Translations under genes and position numbers: made by a program
Notes under the pieces: model-generated
The model's input: only the letters and a program-made list of their open reading frames with translations
Database searches by the model: none
Told to the model about the DNA's origin: nothing
In this document: one piece after another, positions 17,031-26,100 of the stretch
How the letters are laid out: each line of letters opens with the position of its first letter
How positions within the stretch are numbered: position 1 is the first letter of the stretch
IMG/VR virus record: IMGVR_UViG_3300040944_000171
Coordinates: 6,627-70,626 of that record
DNA length: 64,000 nt
Strand: one strand, 5' to 3'
Origin: a virus

Positions 17031-18373
17031 GCCCAGAGCGCCTCGATCAGATGGGCGAACTTGTCCCACACGGCTCTCAGGTCGTTGGCGCTCGGGGTCA
17101 TGTCTGGATTATGCACGAAAGCATTGAGGTTGGTAACGAGCGTGAGCTTGTCGGGGTCGCGAAGCGCTTCCCGAACCGGGAGCGTCTCGGCCTTGCTCAT
17201 CACAGCGTTGGCTTCCAAGTCATCGAGGACGCCGTTGGCCTTCTGCTGGAGTTTCTTATCCCAGCCGGCCAGCTTAGCGAGGTGTGGGTTCCGCTTGATG
17301 TAGTCGTCGATGCTCAGCTCGATGAAGGTGCGGAACAGTACGGCTACGGCGTTAGGCGCATCGTTCAGAGTGACCTTTCGCTTCAACTCGTGGTAGATGT
17401 CGTTGATTCTGCTGACGGCGATGGCCACCGTGAAGTCGGCTGGGATCATCCTAGTGCGCGAACTGCTATGGCGGCGGTCCTTGGACTTCGTCGTGGACCC
17501 TGTGGCTTTCTCCGGGGCCTCGTCGAGCGGTGCTGAGACGGACGTGCGCGTGGATGGATCGGGAAGGTCTGCAGTAGAGAGCTTGTTGACGTAACGTGCT
17601 CGATCCTCCTTGGACATCAGGTCGCCGACCTTCACTGCGCCTGTCCCGATGTCGTCGACGAGCTTCGTCAGGCCCTTGAGAACCTCAGTCTTTGGATAGT
17701 CCGTGACCACCTTGCCACTGACGATGTCGATCCCTAGCCGCTCGCGCACACGAGGAGTGGTCAGAGCACGAGCTAGGGTGCTCACAGGATAGTTGCCTTT
17801 CTTGTGGCGCTCAATGGTCTCGGCGCTCGGATGTCCCGCTCGGATAACGAAGTCGAGCAGTTGCATGTGGGGAGGCGTGGCGGCCTCCCGCCGGGAGCGG
17901 TGCCGCGTCTTCTGTTGGGCCGTCCACTCGACGAGACCCTCGCCGTCACCCTGCCCCCCATGGAACAGTTCCACCCATATGTTGGCGTCGTCCCGCTTCT
18001 CGAACACGACGCACGGAACCTCGGACAGAGGGTCGTACGCGCTCGCGAGCGTCCGAAGCTGCGCCATCTGGCTGTCCGCGAGAAAGCCCTGGAGGGTTTC
18101 CGGCTGCTCCAGAGCCTTGAGCGCCACCAGACGCCGGTTCGCGTCGAGGACGATGTAGTTGTCCTCATCGGGGATCACGATGAAGCGCTGGGCGGGACTG
18201 AGCCCGTTCTGAGCTATGTGGCGCGCGAGGGCAAGGAGCTTCCCCTTTTGTTCGGACGCAAGAGCCTCGATCGCCTCTCTCTGATTGTCGGGGTCGGTCG
18301 CAACGCGGGGGTTCTTGAGATCGAGTTTCAACTTGGACAACTCGATGTCGTCTGGATAGGGGTGGTCGGGCAT
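17027..18373 (-). CDS. ParB/Srx-like N-terminal domain protein with HEPN-like C-terminus (putative defence nuclease)
   Basis: LKLDLKNPR...YIVLDANRRLVALKAL; C-terminal LFRTFIELS...LNAFVHN; GTGA-coupled to the methylase. Confidence 0.6.
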   Translation of the reverse strand: MPDHPYPDDIELSKLKLDLKNPRVATDPDNQREAIEALASEQKGKLLALARHIAQNGLSPAQRFIVIPDEDNYIVLDANRRLVALKALEQPETLQGFLADSQMAQLRTLASAYDPLSEVPCVVFEKRDDANIWVELFHGGQGDGEGLVEWTAQQKTRHRSRREAATPPHMQLLDFVIRAGHPSAETIERHKKGNYPVSTLARALTTPRVRERLGIDIVSGKVVTDYPKTEVLKGLTKLVDDIGTGAVKVGDLMSKEDRARYVNKLSTADLPDPSTRTSVSAPLDEAPEKATGSTTKSKDRRHSSSRTRMIPADFTVAIAVSRINDIYHELKRKVTLNDAPNAVAVLFRTFIELSIDDYIKRNPHLAKLAGWDKKLQQKANGVLDDLEANAVMSKAETLPVREALRDPDKLTLVTNLNAFVHNPDMTPSANDLRAVWDKFAHLIEALWA

Positions 18374-18550
18374 ATTTCACCTACTCTGCGCTTGGTAAGG
18401 CCAGCTATCAAAGGATAGTGTAACATGCCCTTTGGCATACAGCCAACCAACATGACAGAGCGGTGGTTTCAGAAGAGAGCCAGGTGTCGCCGAACCCTTC
18501 GGCCAGCGCGACGGCTGAGCCAAACTGACTGCGGACCCACTATCCCTGTA

Positions 18551-18579
18551 TTGACATTGCCAGGACGCTCAGGCATAAT
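18551..18579 (+). promoter_or_regulatory. sigma70-type leaderless promoter of the transposase
   Basis: TTGACA-17-CATAAT, with ATG 7 nt downstream. Confidence 0.8.
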
Positions 18580-18586
18580 GGTCAGT

Positions 18587-19423
18587 ATGAACAGGCTATC
18601 CCAGGCTCAGCGGGTGGCGGTGGTCAAGGCGCTGGTGGAGGGCACCAGCATCCGGGGCACCGTCCGCCTGACCGGCGTCGCCAAGAACACGGTCACCAAG
18701 CTCCTGGTCGACCTCGGGGCTGCCTGCTCCGAGTACCAGGACCGGGTGTTCCGCGACCTTCCCTGCCGTCGCCTCCAGGCCGACGAGATCTGGAGCTTCT
18801 GCAACGCCAAGGCCAGGAACGTCCCCGAGGCTCACCGGAGGGAGTTCGGCTGGGGCGACGTCTGGACGTGGACCGCCATCGACGCGGACACCAAACTCGT
18901 CCCCTCGTGGGTGATCGGAGAGCGCACCATCGGCGACGCCATCGCCTTGATGGACGACCTCAAGGGCAGGCTGGCCAACCGGGTGCAGTTGACCACGGAC
19001 GGGCACAAGGCCTACCTGGAGGCCGTCGAGGGGGCCTTCGCGTTGGACATCGACTACGCCCAACTCATCAAGCTCTACGGCAACGACCCCGAGGCCGAGA
19101 AGCGGTACAGCCCCGCCAAGTGCGTGGGCGTCGAGGTTCACCGGGTCAGCGGGAATCCTGCTCTGGCCGACGTCTCCACCAGCTACGTGGAGCGGCAGAA
19201 CCTCACGATGCGGATGTCGATGCGCCGCTTCACCCGGCTCACCAACGCCTTCAGCCGGAAGGTGGAGAACCTGGCCGCGGCCGTCTCGCTCCACTTCATG
19301 TTCTACAACTTCGCCAGGCCCCACAAGACGCTGGCTAACCCGTATCCCCGGACTCCTGCGATGGCGGCCGGGGTGGCTGACCACGTTTGGAAGATCGAGG
19401 AGATCGTCGCGCTGCTCGGGTAG
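18587..19423 (+). CDS. IS1-family DDE transposase
   Basis: N-terminal HTH; QADEIWSF, TTDG, STSYVERQNLTMRMSMRRFTRLTNAFSRK. Confidence 0.92.
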   Translation: MNRLSQAQRVAVVKALVEGTSIRGTVRLTGVAKNTVTKLLVDLGAACSEYQDRVFRDLPCRRLQADEIWSFCNAKARNVPEAHRREFGWGDVWTWTAIDADTKLVPSWVIGERTIGDAIALMDDLKGRLANRVQLTTDGHKAYLEAVEGAFALDIDYAQLIKLYGNDPEAEKRYSPAKCVGVEVHRVSGNPALADVSTSYVERQNLTMRMSMRRFTRLTNAFSRKVENLAAAVSLHFMFYNFARPHKTLANPYPRTPAMAAGVADHVWKIEEIVALLG

Positions 19424-19805
19424 GCGGCTCCAAACCCTGGCTCTTCAGCACAGCGTCTGCCAGTTTGTTCACCGCTTCCGCCAGCTCTTCGGTGCGGTCA
19501 CGTGTAAACGCCCGCTCGCTGGCACGGCTGCTGCGCTCGTGGGTCTCTTTCTCACGCTCAAGGAGCCTTTCCCGCTCTCGTTGCCGCTTCCTGCCGGGCA
19601 GCCACCCTCCCGTAGCCCCAGCTACGAGGCAGTAGAGCCCGAATCCGAAGGCCAGGGAGGCGATGGCTGGCTCCAAGGCAGCGAGCCACAGCGGCGCATG
19701 GATCGCGCCTGTCAAGAGGAGCGGTCCCACGGCGGCAAGAAGCGTTACTCCGGCCGTCACGAGCGCGGTCCCGACCCCGATCCAGGCCCGCCGCCACTCA
19801 GCCAC
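19335..19805 (-). CDS. membrane passenger protein
   Basis: two TM segments plus a charged tail, inside the transposon. Confidence 0.5.
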   Translation of the reverse strand: MAEWRRAWIGVGTALVTAGVTLLAAVGPLLLTGAIHAPLWLAALEPAIASLAFGFGLYCLVAGATGGWLPGRKRQRERERLLEREKETHERSSRASERAFTRDRTEELAEAVNKLADAVLKSQGLEPPTRAARRSPRSSKRGQPPRPPSQESGDTG

Positions 19806-20009
19806 GAACGGATGATGCGGCGGCGCTTGCCCGTCTGGTATGTCATTTGGCGACCGCCTAGGTCAAACTGACCCACTACCGTCTCGGCCCGCTGCTTGCG
19901 GTGGCCGTCCTCGCGCCGCCGCTGGCGATCGCGCTCGCGCAGCTCGCGGTTGCTGTGCGAGGTGGGCGGGGGCACGAAGCCCCCGCCCACAGTGCTCATC
20001 ATCGGAGGA

Positions 20010-20984
20010 TCAGCTCTGAGATGGGTTGATCCACCAGCCCGGCGCGCCGTCGTGCTGGTACAGCGCCACCATCCCGAGTGCCCGGTTCTGGACGCTGTAC
20101 GTCCCCGGCGGCACCGTCGAGTTGGAGTTCCGGGAGGCGGCGGCGTCCTCGGAGTTGACGTAGCCCGGCTGCGCCCGCGTCACCGTGTAGGTGTTCGGGG
20201 CCGGGGCAGGCGCAGGCGGTGCGGGCACCGGGGCCGCGCCCCCCTGAGCCGGGTTGATCCACCAGCCCGGCGCGCCGTCGTGCTGGTACAGCGCCACCAT
20301 CCCGAGTGCCCGGTTCTGGATGCCGTACGTCCCCGGCGGCACCGTCGAGTTGGAGTCCCGCTCCGCCGCCGCATCGGCGGAGGTGACGTAGCCCGGCTGG
20401 GCCTGGGTCACCGTGTAGGTGTCTGCGGGTGGAGGCGGGGCGGGGGCCGGAGGAGCTGGCACCGGGATGGGCGGCTGCCACGGGGTGTCGACCGCCGGCC
20501 AGGTGTCGGCGACGATGCTCTGGTCGTACGGCTGGCCGATGCCCGCGCCGTTGGTCCACTGCCAGGCCACGCAGCCCGCCGGCACCGTGGTCGGGACGGG
20601 GCTCCCCGGGGCCAGCCAGGCGGCCCGCCAGCGGCGCGTCGAGAAGTTGAAGCTGGTCACCCCCGCCGCCACGAGGGCGGCGCGCACCTGGGCGTCGATG
20701 GCGTCGTCCCAGTACCCCGAGAAGACATCGTTGCCGCGCCCGTGGGCCGCCACCACCTCGGCGGCGAAGGTCGCCGGGGTGTAGTCGCCGACATCGCCGA
20801 CATCGGCCACCATGTAGCCCTTGGCGGAGCCCCCGGCCTTCACGGTGATGGTCACCACCCTGGCGTTGGCGAAGACGCGGCCGGGGTTGGTCGCCTCGGG
20901 GTGGTCGGGGTAGACCGCCACCAGGGTGCCCGCCTCATCGGGCAGATCGTTGGCGTTCAGGTCGTCGTACTGGGTGCGGGGCAT
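20010..20984 (-). CDS. putative endolysin (GH25-like TIM barrel plus two cell-wall-binding repeats)
   Basis: WRAAW...VAWQWT...YDQSIV; Pro linker; 2x TYTVT..QPGY...GWWINP. Confidence 0.7.
   Translation of the reverse strand: MPRTQYDDLNANDLPDEAGTLVAVYPDHPEATNPGRVFANARVVTITVKAGGSAKGYMVADVGDVGDYTPATFAAEVVAAHGRGNDVFSGYWDDAIDAQVRAALVAAGVTSFNFSTRRWRAAWLAPGSPVPTTVPAGCVAWQWTNGAGIGQPYDQSIVADTWPAVDTPWQPPIPVPAPPAPAPPPPADTYTVTQAQPGYVTSADAAAERDSNSTVPPGTYGIQNRALGMVALYQHDGAPGWWINPAQGGAAPVPAPPAPAPAPNTYTVTRAQPGYVNSEDAAASRNSNSTVPPGTYSVQNRALGMVALYQHDGAPGWWINPSQS
20023..20421. repeat. two 171-bp direct repeats (57-aa domains) in the endolysin
   Basis: copies start at 20023 and 20251. Confidence 0.9.
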
Positions 20985-21087
20985 GGAGATCTCCCTTCAC
21001 TGCGGATGCGCGCCCATGCTACGCCCACCGGAGGCACCCCGCCGGGCCGGGCGGGGGCAGAGGCGGGGGAGTCGAACCCGGCCAGCC

Positions 21088-21918
21088 TCAGCCGATTCCG
21101 TAGCGGGTCCGGAGCTGGTAGGCGTGGCCGAAGTCGTACGAGAGATCCCAGGCCCGGTACACGACCGCGTACGCCTCGCCGATCTGGTCGGGGCTGAGAT
21201 CGTCGCCCTGAAGCGCCTCCTGGGAGGCGGCGATGAGGCGGTCGATGGTCCGCACCTGGCCCTGGCGGTCGGGCATCAGCGCCCCCGCCTGGGCGAGCCA
21301 GGTCCGGGCCACCTCGAGGCGCGTCCTGGTCTCTGGGATGCGGCCGCCCAGCCCGAGCGGGATCTTGTGCTGCATGTGGGCACGCTGGCGCAGCCCGTCC
21401 AGGGCCGCCATGCTGCGGGCGAGCTCGCCCTCCAGCTGACAGGTCGGTCCGCCGCAACCGGGAGCGCTCTCCTCGCTGAGCCGGCCCGAGGCCCGCAGCC
21501 GGGTCTCCATCTCGGTCTCGGAGATGGTCACCCCATAGGCGATCTCGAACCGGACGCCCTGGTGGTCGGGGTCGTCGTAGATGAGGTGGCCGTACTCGTG
21601 ATAGGCGACCATCACCGGGTCCTCGCCCACCTCGTCCACCGGGCCGCCGTACACCTGGCAGTGGTGGACGGGGTCGTTGGGGCTCCCCACCCGGGTGTAG
21701 AGACCGAGCAGGCGGTCGCCCCGGCCCACCGGCGTCCCCGCCCGCTGGAGCGCCTCAAGGTCGGCCCGCGAGGGCTGGGCCATCACGTCCAGCGGGCAGG
21801 CGTCCATGAGCGCCTGGGCCTTGGTGGGCACCCGCCAGTACATCCCGGTGGGGCCGAAGAGCCCCTCCTCGATCACGCCCGCCATGGCCACCTGCTGGGA
21901 ATAGCCGAACCTGCTCAC
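21088..21918 (-). CDS. zincin-like (HExxH) protein with helical C-terminus
   Basis: LLGLY...VAYHEYGHL. Confidence 0.55.
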   Translation of the reverse strand: MSRFGYSQQVAMAGVIEEGLFGPTGMYWRVPTKAQALMDACPLDVMAQPSRADLEALQRAGTPVGRGDRLLGLYTRVGSPNDPVHHCQVYGGPVDEVGEDPVMVAYHEYGHLIYDDPDHQGVRFEIAYGVTISETEMETRLRASGRLSEESAPGCGGPTCQLEGELARSMAALDGLRQRAHMQHKIPLGLGGRIPETRTRLEVARTWLAQAGALMPDRQGQVRTIDRLIAASQEALQGDDLSPDQIGEAYAVVYRAWDLSYDFGHAYQLRTRYGIG

Positions 21919-22043
21919 GGCCGGATCATCCCATCCCACGGGTGGGGCCGGGGAGTTCCCCCGCTACCGTCGCCAGGCGATGGTGCGATCCAGATCGCGC
22001 CTGTCGATCACCCTGGCCACGAAAGAGCGTACCGACGCATCGG

Positions 22044-22622
22044 TCAATGATGGTGCGCGTGCAGCGGCACGGGGCGGCGGCGGGCCACGCCCGCCCGGGC
22101 GGCGCGGCGGAGCAGCGACCGGCTGATCGTCCCGCCCAGCTGCCGGCGCGCCTTGAGCAGCTCCCCGGAGAGCCGGGCCGTCTCCCGCCTCAGATGGTCG
22201 GCGTGCGCCCGGATGCGGCGGCGCTCCTCGAGCAGCTCCTCATACCCCCGCTCCGACTCCTCGCCGTACACGTCGCGCGCGGTGAAGCCGCCCTGGCGGG
22301 CGTGCTCCAGGCGGGCGAGCCGCGACCGGTGGCTCTTGGAGCCCTTGGCCTCGATCTGGGCGCTGGTCCAGTCCAGCGCCTGGCGGAGGGCCTCGCCCTC
22401 CTGCTCGATCCCGTAGAGGTCGCGCTCGATCTCCTCCACGTCCTCGTCGGTGTAGGGGAGGGGGACGAAGGCGCGCCGGGCCGCCTCCCGGATCCCGCGC
22501 AGCCGCTTGCCGACCGGGCAGGGGTGGCTCCCTCCGCCGCCGCACCCGCACCTGGAGGTGCGGAGCCGGGGATAGGAGATCACGCAGGCGAACCGGCCCC
22601 GGGGGTCGCGCGGCTGGCTCAC
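22044..22622 (-). CDS. array protein (coiled coil) with N-terminal QPRDPRGRF and C-terminal tag
   Basis: GTGA-coupled; ends RRRPVPLHAHHH*. Confidence 0.7.
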   Translation of the reverse strand: MSQPRDPRGRFACVISYPRLRTSRCGCGGGGSHPCPVGKRLRGIREAARRAFVPLPYTDEDVEEIERDLYGIEQEGEALRQALDWTSAQIEAKGSKSHRSRLARLEHARQGGFTARDVYGEESERGYEELLEERRRIRAHADHLRRETARLSGELLKARRQLGGTISRSLLRRAARAGVARRRPVPLHAHHH

Positions 22623-23188
22623 GCCGCCCTCCCCCGCCGCCGCAGGTAATTGAAATGGCAGCGGAGGGCGTGGTCCAGGAAGCAGATCGGGCAGCGGCAG
22701 CCCCAGTTGCTGTACCCGTTCCGCCCATGGCGCGGATCGCCCGGGGGGAGGCCGCGCTGGCGGCGGCGTGCGTGCAGGACGCGGGCATGGGCGGCGGCGC
22801 CCACCATGCACGGCTTGCAGTGGCAGCCCCGGGCGTAGCGGGCCACGGTGCCATGCTCCGGCATCACCGCCCCCCGGATCTCGGGTGGCCCAGCCTCGCC
22901 GTGGAGGCGGATGCGATCCCCATGGACATGGCAGTACCCACTGCCGCCCCGGTACCAGCCACCATCCCGAGTGCAGCCCTCCACCCGGCAGGCTCGCGCC
23001 TCGAGCGGCGGGTGCCAGCCGCGCCCCCGGAGGGGCAGGCCACGGATCCTCACGAGGTCGCGGCAGATCCCCTCCGAGACCCCGAAGAGCCGGTCGATCT
23101 GGCGCGTCGTCAGCCGCCCCTCCAGGTACACCGCCGCCATCGCGTCGCGCTCTGCGGCGGTCAGGTGGTAGGTGGGGCGCCCGCTCAC
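22619..23188 (-). CDS. HTH plus Zn-finger DNA-binding protein
   Basis: HTH; CRVEGC..YCHVH; HGT...GCHCKPC; GCRCPIC. Confidence 0.75.
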   Translation of the reverse strand: MSGRPTYHLTAAERDAMAAVYLEGRLTTRQIDRLFGVSEGICRDLVRIRGLPLRGRGWHPPLEARACRVEGCTRDGGWYRGGSGYCHVHGDRIRLHGEAGPPEIRGAVMPEHGTVARYARGCHCKPCMVGAAAHARVLHARRRQRGLPPGDPRHGRNGYSNWGCRCPICFLDHALRCHFNYLRRRGRAA

Positions 23189-23592
23189 CGCTTGCCGCCG
23201 TGGCGGTGGTGGTGGATGGCCGCCGCGTGGCGGCTCCGGTACCGCCCGGTGGTTCGCTCGCCCTTGCGGCGGGCGCGCTGGGGACGGTTGCGGGCGGGCT
23301 CCTCCTCGATGAAGCTCAACTCCAGGCCACCGATCCGCACCCGGTGGGGGGGCGGCGCGGCCGCGCCGCCGCCGCGAGAGGAGGTAGCCCGGTGAGAGGA
23401 TGCCAGGGGGGCCGGCGGGATGCGGGAGAACTTCGCAGGATCCGGCACCCCCTGGCGCCGCTTGATACGGTACTCCGCCTCGCGCCCGTATGCCTCCCAG
23501 TTGACCGATGGGTCGCGGGGATTGAAGCCCTGGGCCTCGGCGATGCGCCGACCCAGGGTGGCGAGCTCAGCGGGCCGGGTGTCCGCTACCAC
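23185..23592 (-). CDS. array protein with C-terminal tag
   Basis: ends RSRHAAAIHHHRHGGKR*. Confidence 0.65.
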   Translation of the reverse strand: MVADTRPAELATLGRRIAEAQGFNPRDPSVNWEAYGREAEYRIKRRQGVPDPAKFSRIPPAPLASSHRATSSRGGGAAAPPPHRVRIGGLELSFIEEEPARNRPQRARRKGERTTGRYRSRHAAAIHHHRHGGKR

Positions 23593-23598
23593 CGCCCC

Positions 23599-23853
23599 CT
23601 ACCGTCCCCGCCGCCGCCGGGTCGCCCATCCCTTCCTGGCCGCCGCCGACCGCTTGGCGTGGCTCTCGCCCTGGACGATGCGGCGCAGCGTCAGCGCGAG
23701 CCGCGCCCGCTTGCCCTTCGTGCCTGGCGCCTTGGCGGCGGCGCGGAGCTTGGCCACCGGGATCTTCTCGCTCTGGGGGACATGCAGCTGCCGGTGCAGG
23801 GCGCCCGGCTTGCCCTTCTTCAGGGCCTCCTGGATCCAGCGCGTGCGAGCCAT
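23599..23853 (-). CDS. small basic phage protein
   Basis: WIQEALKKGKPGALHRQLHVP..EKIP...KRARLALTL; SAAARKGWATRRR. Confidence 0.8.
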   Translation of the reverse strand: MARTRWIQEALKKGKPGALHRQLHVPQSEKIPVAKLRAAAKAPGTKGKRARLALTLRRIVQGESHAKRSAAARKGWATRRRRGR

Positions 23854-23873
23854 GTCTTCAGCCTCCCGTGTTA

Positions 23874-24173
23874 TCAGCCAAACCGGCCCATCCGATCGCG
23901 CCGCTGGGCCCGCGCCGCCACCCGGCGGCGCTCCAGTTCGCGGCGCTCCTCGGCGCTCAGATCCGCCTCGCCGAGGCGGGGGCGGGGGCGGCCGCGCCCC
24001 TCGTGGTACTTCACCCAGCGCCGCGCCGCCTCGCCCGCCTGGGCCTGCGTCCGCCTGGTCCCCGCCGCCCCCTGCGAGCGGTGGACGACCCGGCCCCCCC
24101 CGTCGCGGATCACCGCGATCACGGCCTCACCGTGGGTGACGTACTCGATCTGGTACCCCCGGTAGGCGGGCAT
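23874..24173 (-). CDS. array protein
   Basis: TGATG-coupled; ends AQRRDRMGRFG*. Confidence 0.7.
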   Translation of the reverse strand: MPAYRGYQIEYVTHGEAVIAVIRDGGGRVVHRSQGAAGTRRTQAQAGEAARRWVKYHEGRGRPRPRLGEADLSAEERRELERRRVAARAQRRDRMGRFG

Positions 24174-24547
24174 CAGTGGCCTCCGAAGACGAAGGCGCGG
24201 GGATGGGCGATGGGGTGGCCCGCCCGCTCGGCGGCGTGCACCTGCTCCCAGCGCACATCGGTGCGGGTGCGGGCATGGCCAGCGGTGGTGATGATCCCGT
24301 GGCCGCCGCCCATCACCCGCCGGTACTCGGCGAGATCCTGGTGGTGGCGCCAGATCGCGTACTGCACCGCCTGGCGACGGATCGCCGGGGTCCAGCGCGG
24401 CTCCCTGGCCGCCGCCTTGTCAATGGCCGCCTCGATCTCCCGCGCCACCTCCTGATCGGGCGTGCCCACATGGACGCGGCCGAGGTGGAAGTCGATGGCC
24501 CGAGTTGGCACCAGGGGATCCACGCGCGGCTTCCGCTCCACCGCCAT
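24173..24547 (-). CDS. array protein
   Basis: starts at a TAG-CG-ATG junction. Confidence 0.75.
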   Translation of the reverse strand: MAVERKPRVDPLVPTRAIDFHLGRVHVGTPDQEVAREIEAAIDKAAAREPRWTPAIRRQAVQYAIWRHHQDLAEYRRVMGGGHGIITTAGHARTRTDVRWEQVHAAERAGHPIAHPRAFVFGGH

Positions 24548-24549
24548 CG

Positions 24550-24912
24550 CTACCTCCCTCCGTGCGCGTGCGTGTGGACGGGCACCGCGCGGCGGCGCCA
24601 GTACGGCTGCGGGTTGAGACTGGTCGAGCCGTGCAGCACCCGCTCAACGTAGGCCTCGCGGTAGGGGTTGCTCGCCGGGATGGAGATGCCCTGGTGGTGC
24701 ACATGCTCCCCGAAGATGCGGGAGAGGTCATCCTGATCGGACTTCGTCATGCCCCCGTACTGATCCAGTCGCGACGGTGGGGCGGTCACCGTGATCCAGC
24801 CCCAGGCCGTGCCCCGGCCGCCGCGCACGCTCCAGGTCTTGGTGCTGCGGCGGCGCAGCCCGGCGCGCAGGGCGGTGATCGCCTTGTTGCGGTCGTTCTC
24901 CCGCATCGCCAT
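24550..24912 (-). CDS. array protein with C-terminal tag
   Basis: MAMRENDRN...; ends RRRAVPVHTHAHGGR*. Confidence 0.8.
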   Translation of the reverse strand: MAMRENDRNKAITALRAGLRRRSTKTWSVRGGRGTAWGWITVTAPPSRLDQYGGMTKSDQDDLSRIFGEHVHHQGISIPASNPYREAYVERVLHGSTSLNPQPYWRRRAVPVHTHAHGGR

Positions 24913-24914
24913 CG

Positions 24915-25403
24915 CTAGCGCCCTCCGTGCGCGTGGGTGTGGACGGGGGCGGTGCGGCGGCGAGCACGCCCACCCACCAGCCGGAGGTGGCGCGAGAAGT
25001 TGCCCTCGCCATGGATCTCGCGGTGCACGGGGCCGAGGAGTTCCCACATCGCCCCGAACTTGTGCTGCCAGCGCTCACCGTTGGCGAGCCGCACCACCTG
25101 GCCCGGCCCGGGCACCGAGGCGATCCGCTCCGAGGCCCGGCTCCTCGAGCGCCCCGGGGCCACCTTCAACTCCACCCAGTGGTTGCTGTGATAGTGGATC
25201 GTGTAGGTGTCCCCGCTGCGGACGATGCGCGGCCCGTGGCCGCCCCAGGAGAGCACCCTCGTGTACCACGCGTGCTCGGCGGGGATGTCCACGTCCTGGC
25301 CGATGAAGTAGTTCTCCAGGGTGTGGCTGCGCGCCGAGACGGCCCGATCCCACATCGTCCGAGCCTCGATGCTGTTGCGCTTGACCGTGACCAGCTCAGC
25401 CAT
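24915..25403 (-). CDS. array protein with C-terminal tag
   Basis: ends RRRTAPVHTHAHGGR*. Confidence 0.8.
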   Translation of the reverse strand: MAELVTVKRNSIEARTMWDRAVSARSHTLENYFIGQDVDIPAEHAWYTRVLSWGGHGPRIVRSGDTYTIHYHSNHWVELKVAPGRSRSRASERIASVPGPGQVVRLANGERWQHKFGAMWELLGPVHREIHGEGNFSRHLRLVGGRARRRTAPVHTHAHGGR

Positions 25404-25405
25404 CG

Positions 25406-26095
25406 CTACCGCCTCCGCTTGCTGAACCGGCCGTCACGGTGCCGGGGCTGCTGCCGGGCCTGGCGGGATCGCCGAGCGAGCTCTACCTGGAGCGCTGAGG
25501 GGCGGCGGCGGTAGTAGCCGGAGGGGCGGGCGTTCTTGCCGGCGGTCGTGATCGACACCGCCCCCGCCTTGTTCTGGGCTAGGTAGCCGGCCGCGATCAG
25601 CGACCGCACCGCCGCCGCCGCCGCCTGCGGCGAGATGTCCTTGCGGCGGAGTTCATCCTGGCGGTACCCGCTCTTGATCCCGCCATAGATGTTGAGCACC
25701 TTCCCCTCCACGTCGCTCAGCGGCGCCGCCGGGGCCGCGAGGCTGAGGCTCTGCAGCAGATCGGGGTGCGCGTAGATGGTGGCGAAGGTGCGCGGGTAGC
25801 CCTCCTCGCCCTTTATCAGCACCGTCCCCGGGGGCAGCGTCCGCTTCGTCGTGTCCAGATCCACCCGGTTCCGGGGGTTGAACATATTGGCCCCGCCCCA
25901 CGACCCCATCATGGTCTCGTGGCGACCGGTCACCATGTCGACCAGGGTGGCGAAGCCGCGCTGGCCCGCCCCACCGCTCACCGTCAGCGAGACCTCGGTG
26001 GCAGGCACGACGCTGATGTCCCTGGCCCCGTACTTCACGCTGGCGAGCGCAGAGCGGATCGCTGGGCTGAGCCGCTTGACCTCAATCTGGGCCAT
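25406..26095 (-). CDS. array protein with winged-helix-like C-terminal domain and basic tail
   Basis: SLIAAGYLAQNKAGAVSITTAGK; ends ARQQPRHRDGRFSKRRR*. Confidence 0.8.
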   Translation of the reverse strand: MAQIEVKRLSPAIRSALASVKYGARDISVVPATEVSLTVSGGAGQRGFATLVDMVTGRHETMMGSWGGANMFNPRNRVDLDTTKRTLPPGTVLIKGEEGYPRTFATIYAHPDLLQSLSLAAPAAPLSDVEGKVLNIYGGIKSGYRQDELRRKDISPQAAAAAVRSLIAAGYLAQNKAGAVSITTAGKNARPSGYYRRRPSALQVELARRSRQARQQPRHRDGRFSKRRR

Positions 26096-26100
26096 CGCCG

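Larger units (their letters stand above)
15740..19880 (+). mobile_element. IS1-family transposon with passenger genes
   Basis: perfect 18-bp TIR GGTAGTGGGTCAGTTTGA (15740-15757 / 19863-19880); 8-bp TSD GTCTCGGC (15732-15739 / 19881-19888); DDE transposase; lower-GC cargo. Confidence 0.95.
15680..20002 (-). pseudogene. 57-aa basic protein gene split by the transposon (halves 19881..20002 and 15680..15739)
   Basis: removing the element and one TSD copy restores ...RKQRAET-IRQRIEARERRKGGQR*, ATGA-coupled to the gene starting at 15683. Confidence 0.8.

Noticed and set aside
20023-20421. Near-identical repeat pair as a diversity-generating retroelement TR/VR
   Set aside because: Both copies are in-frame domains of one protein, the differences are not adenine-specific, and no reverse transcriptase is present.
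21055-21090. GGGTTCGACTCCCCCGCCTC (minus strand) resembling a tRNA/tmRNA T-arm or att remnant
   Set aside because: No acceptor, D or anticodon arms and no CCA could be built, and no second copy was seen.
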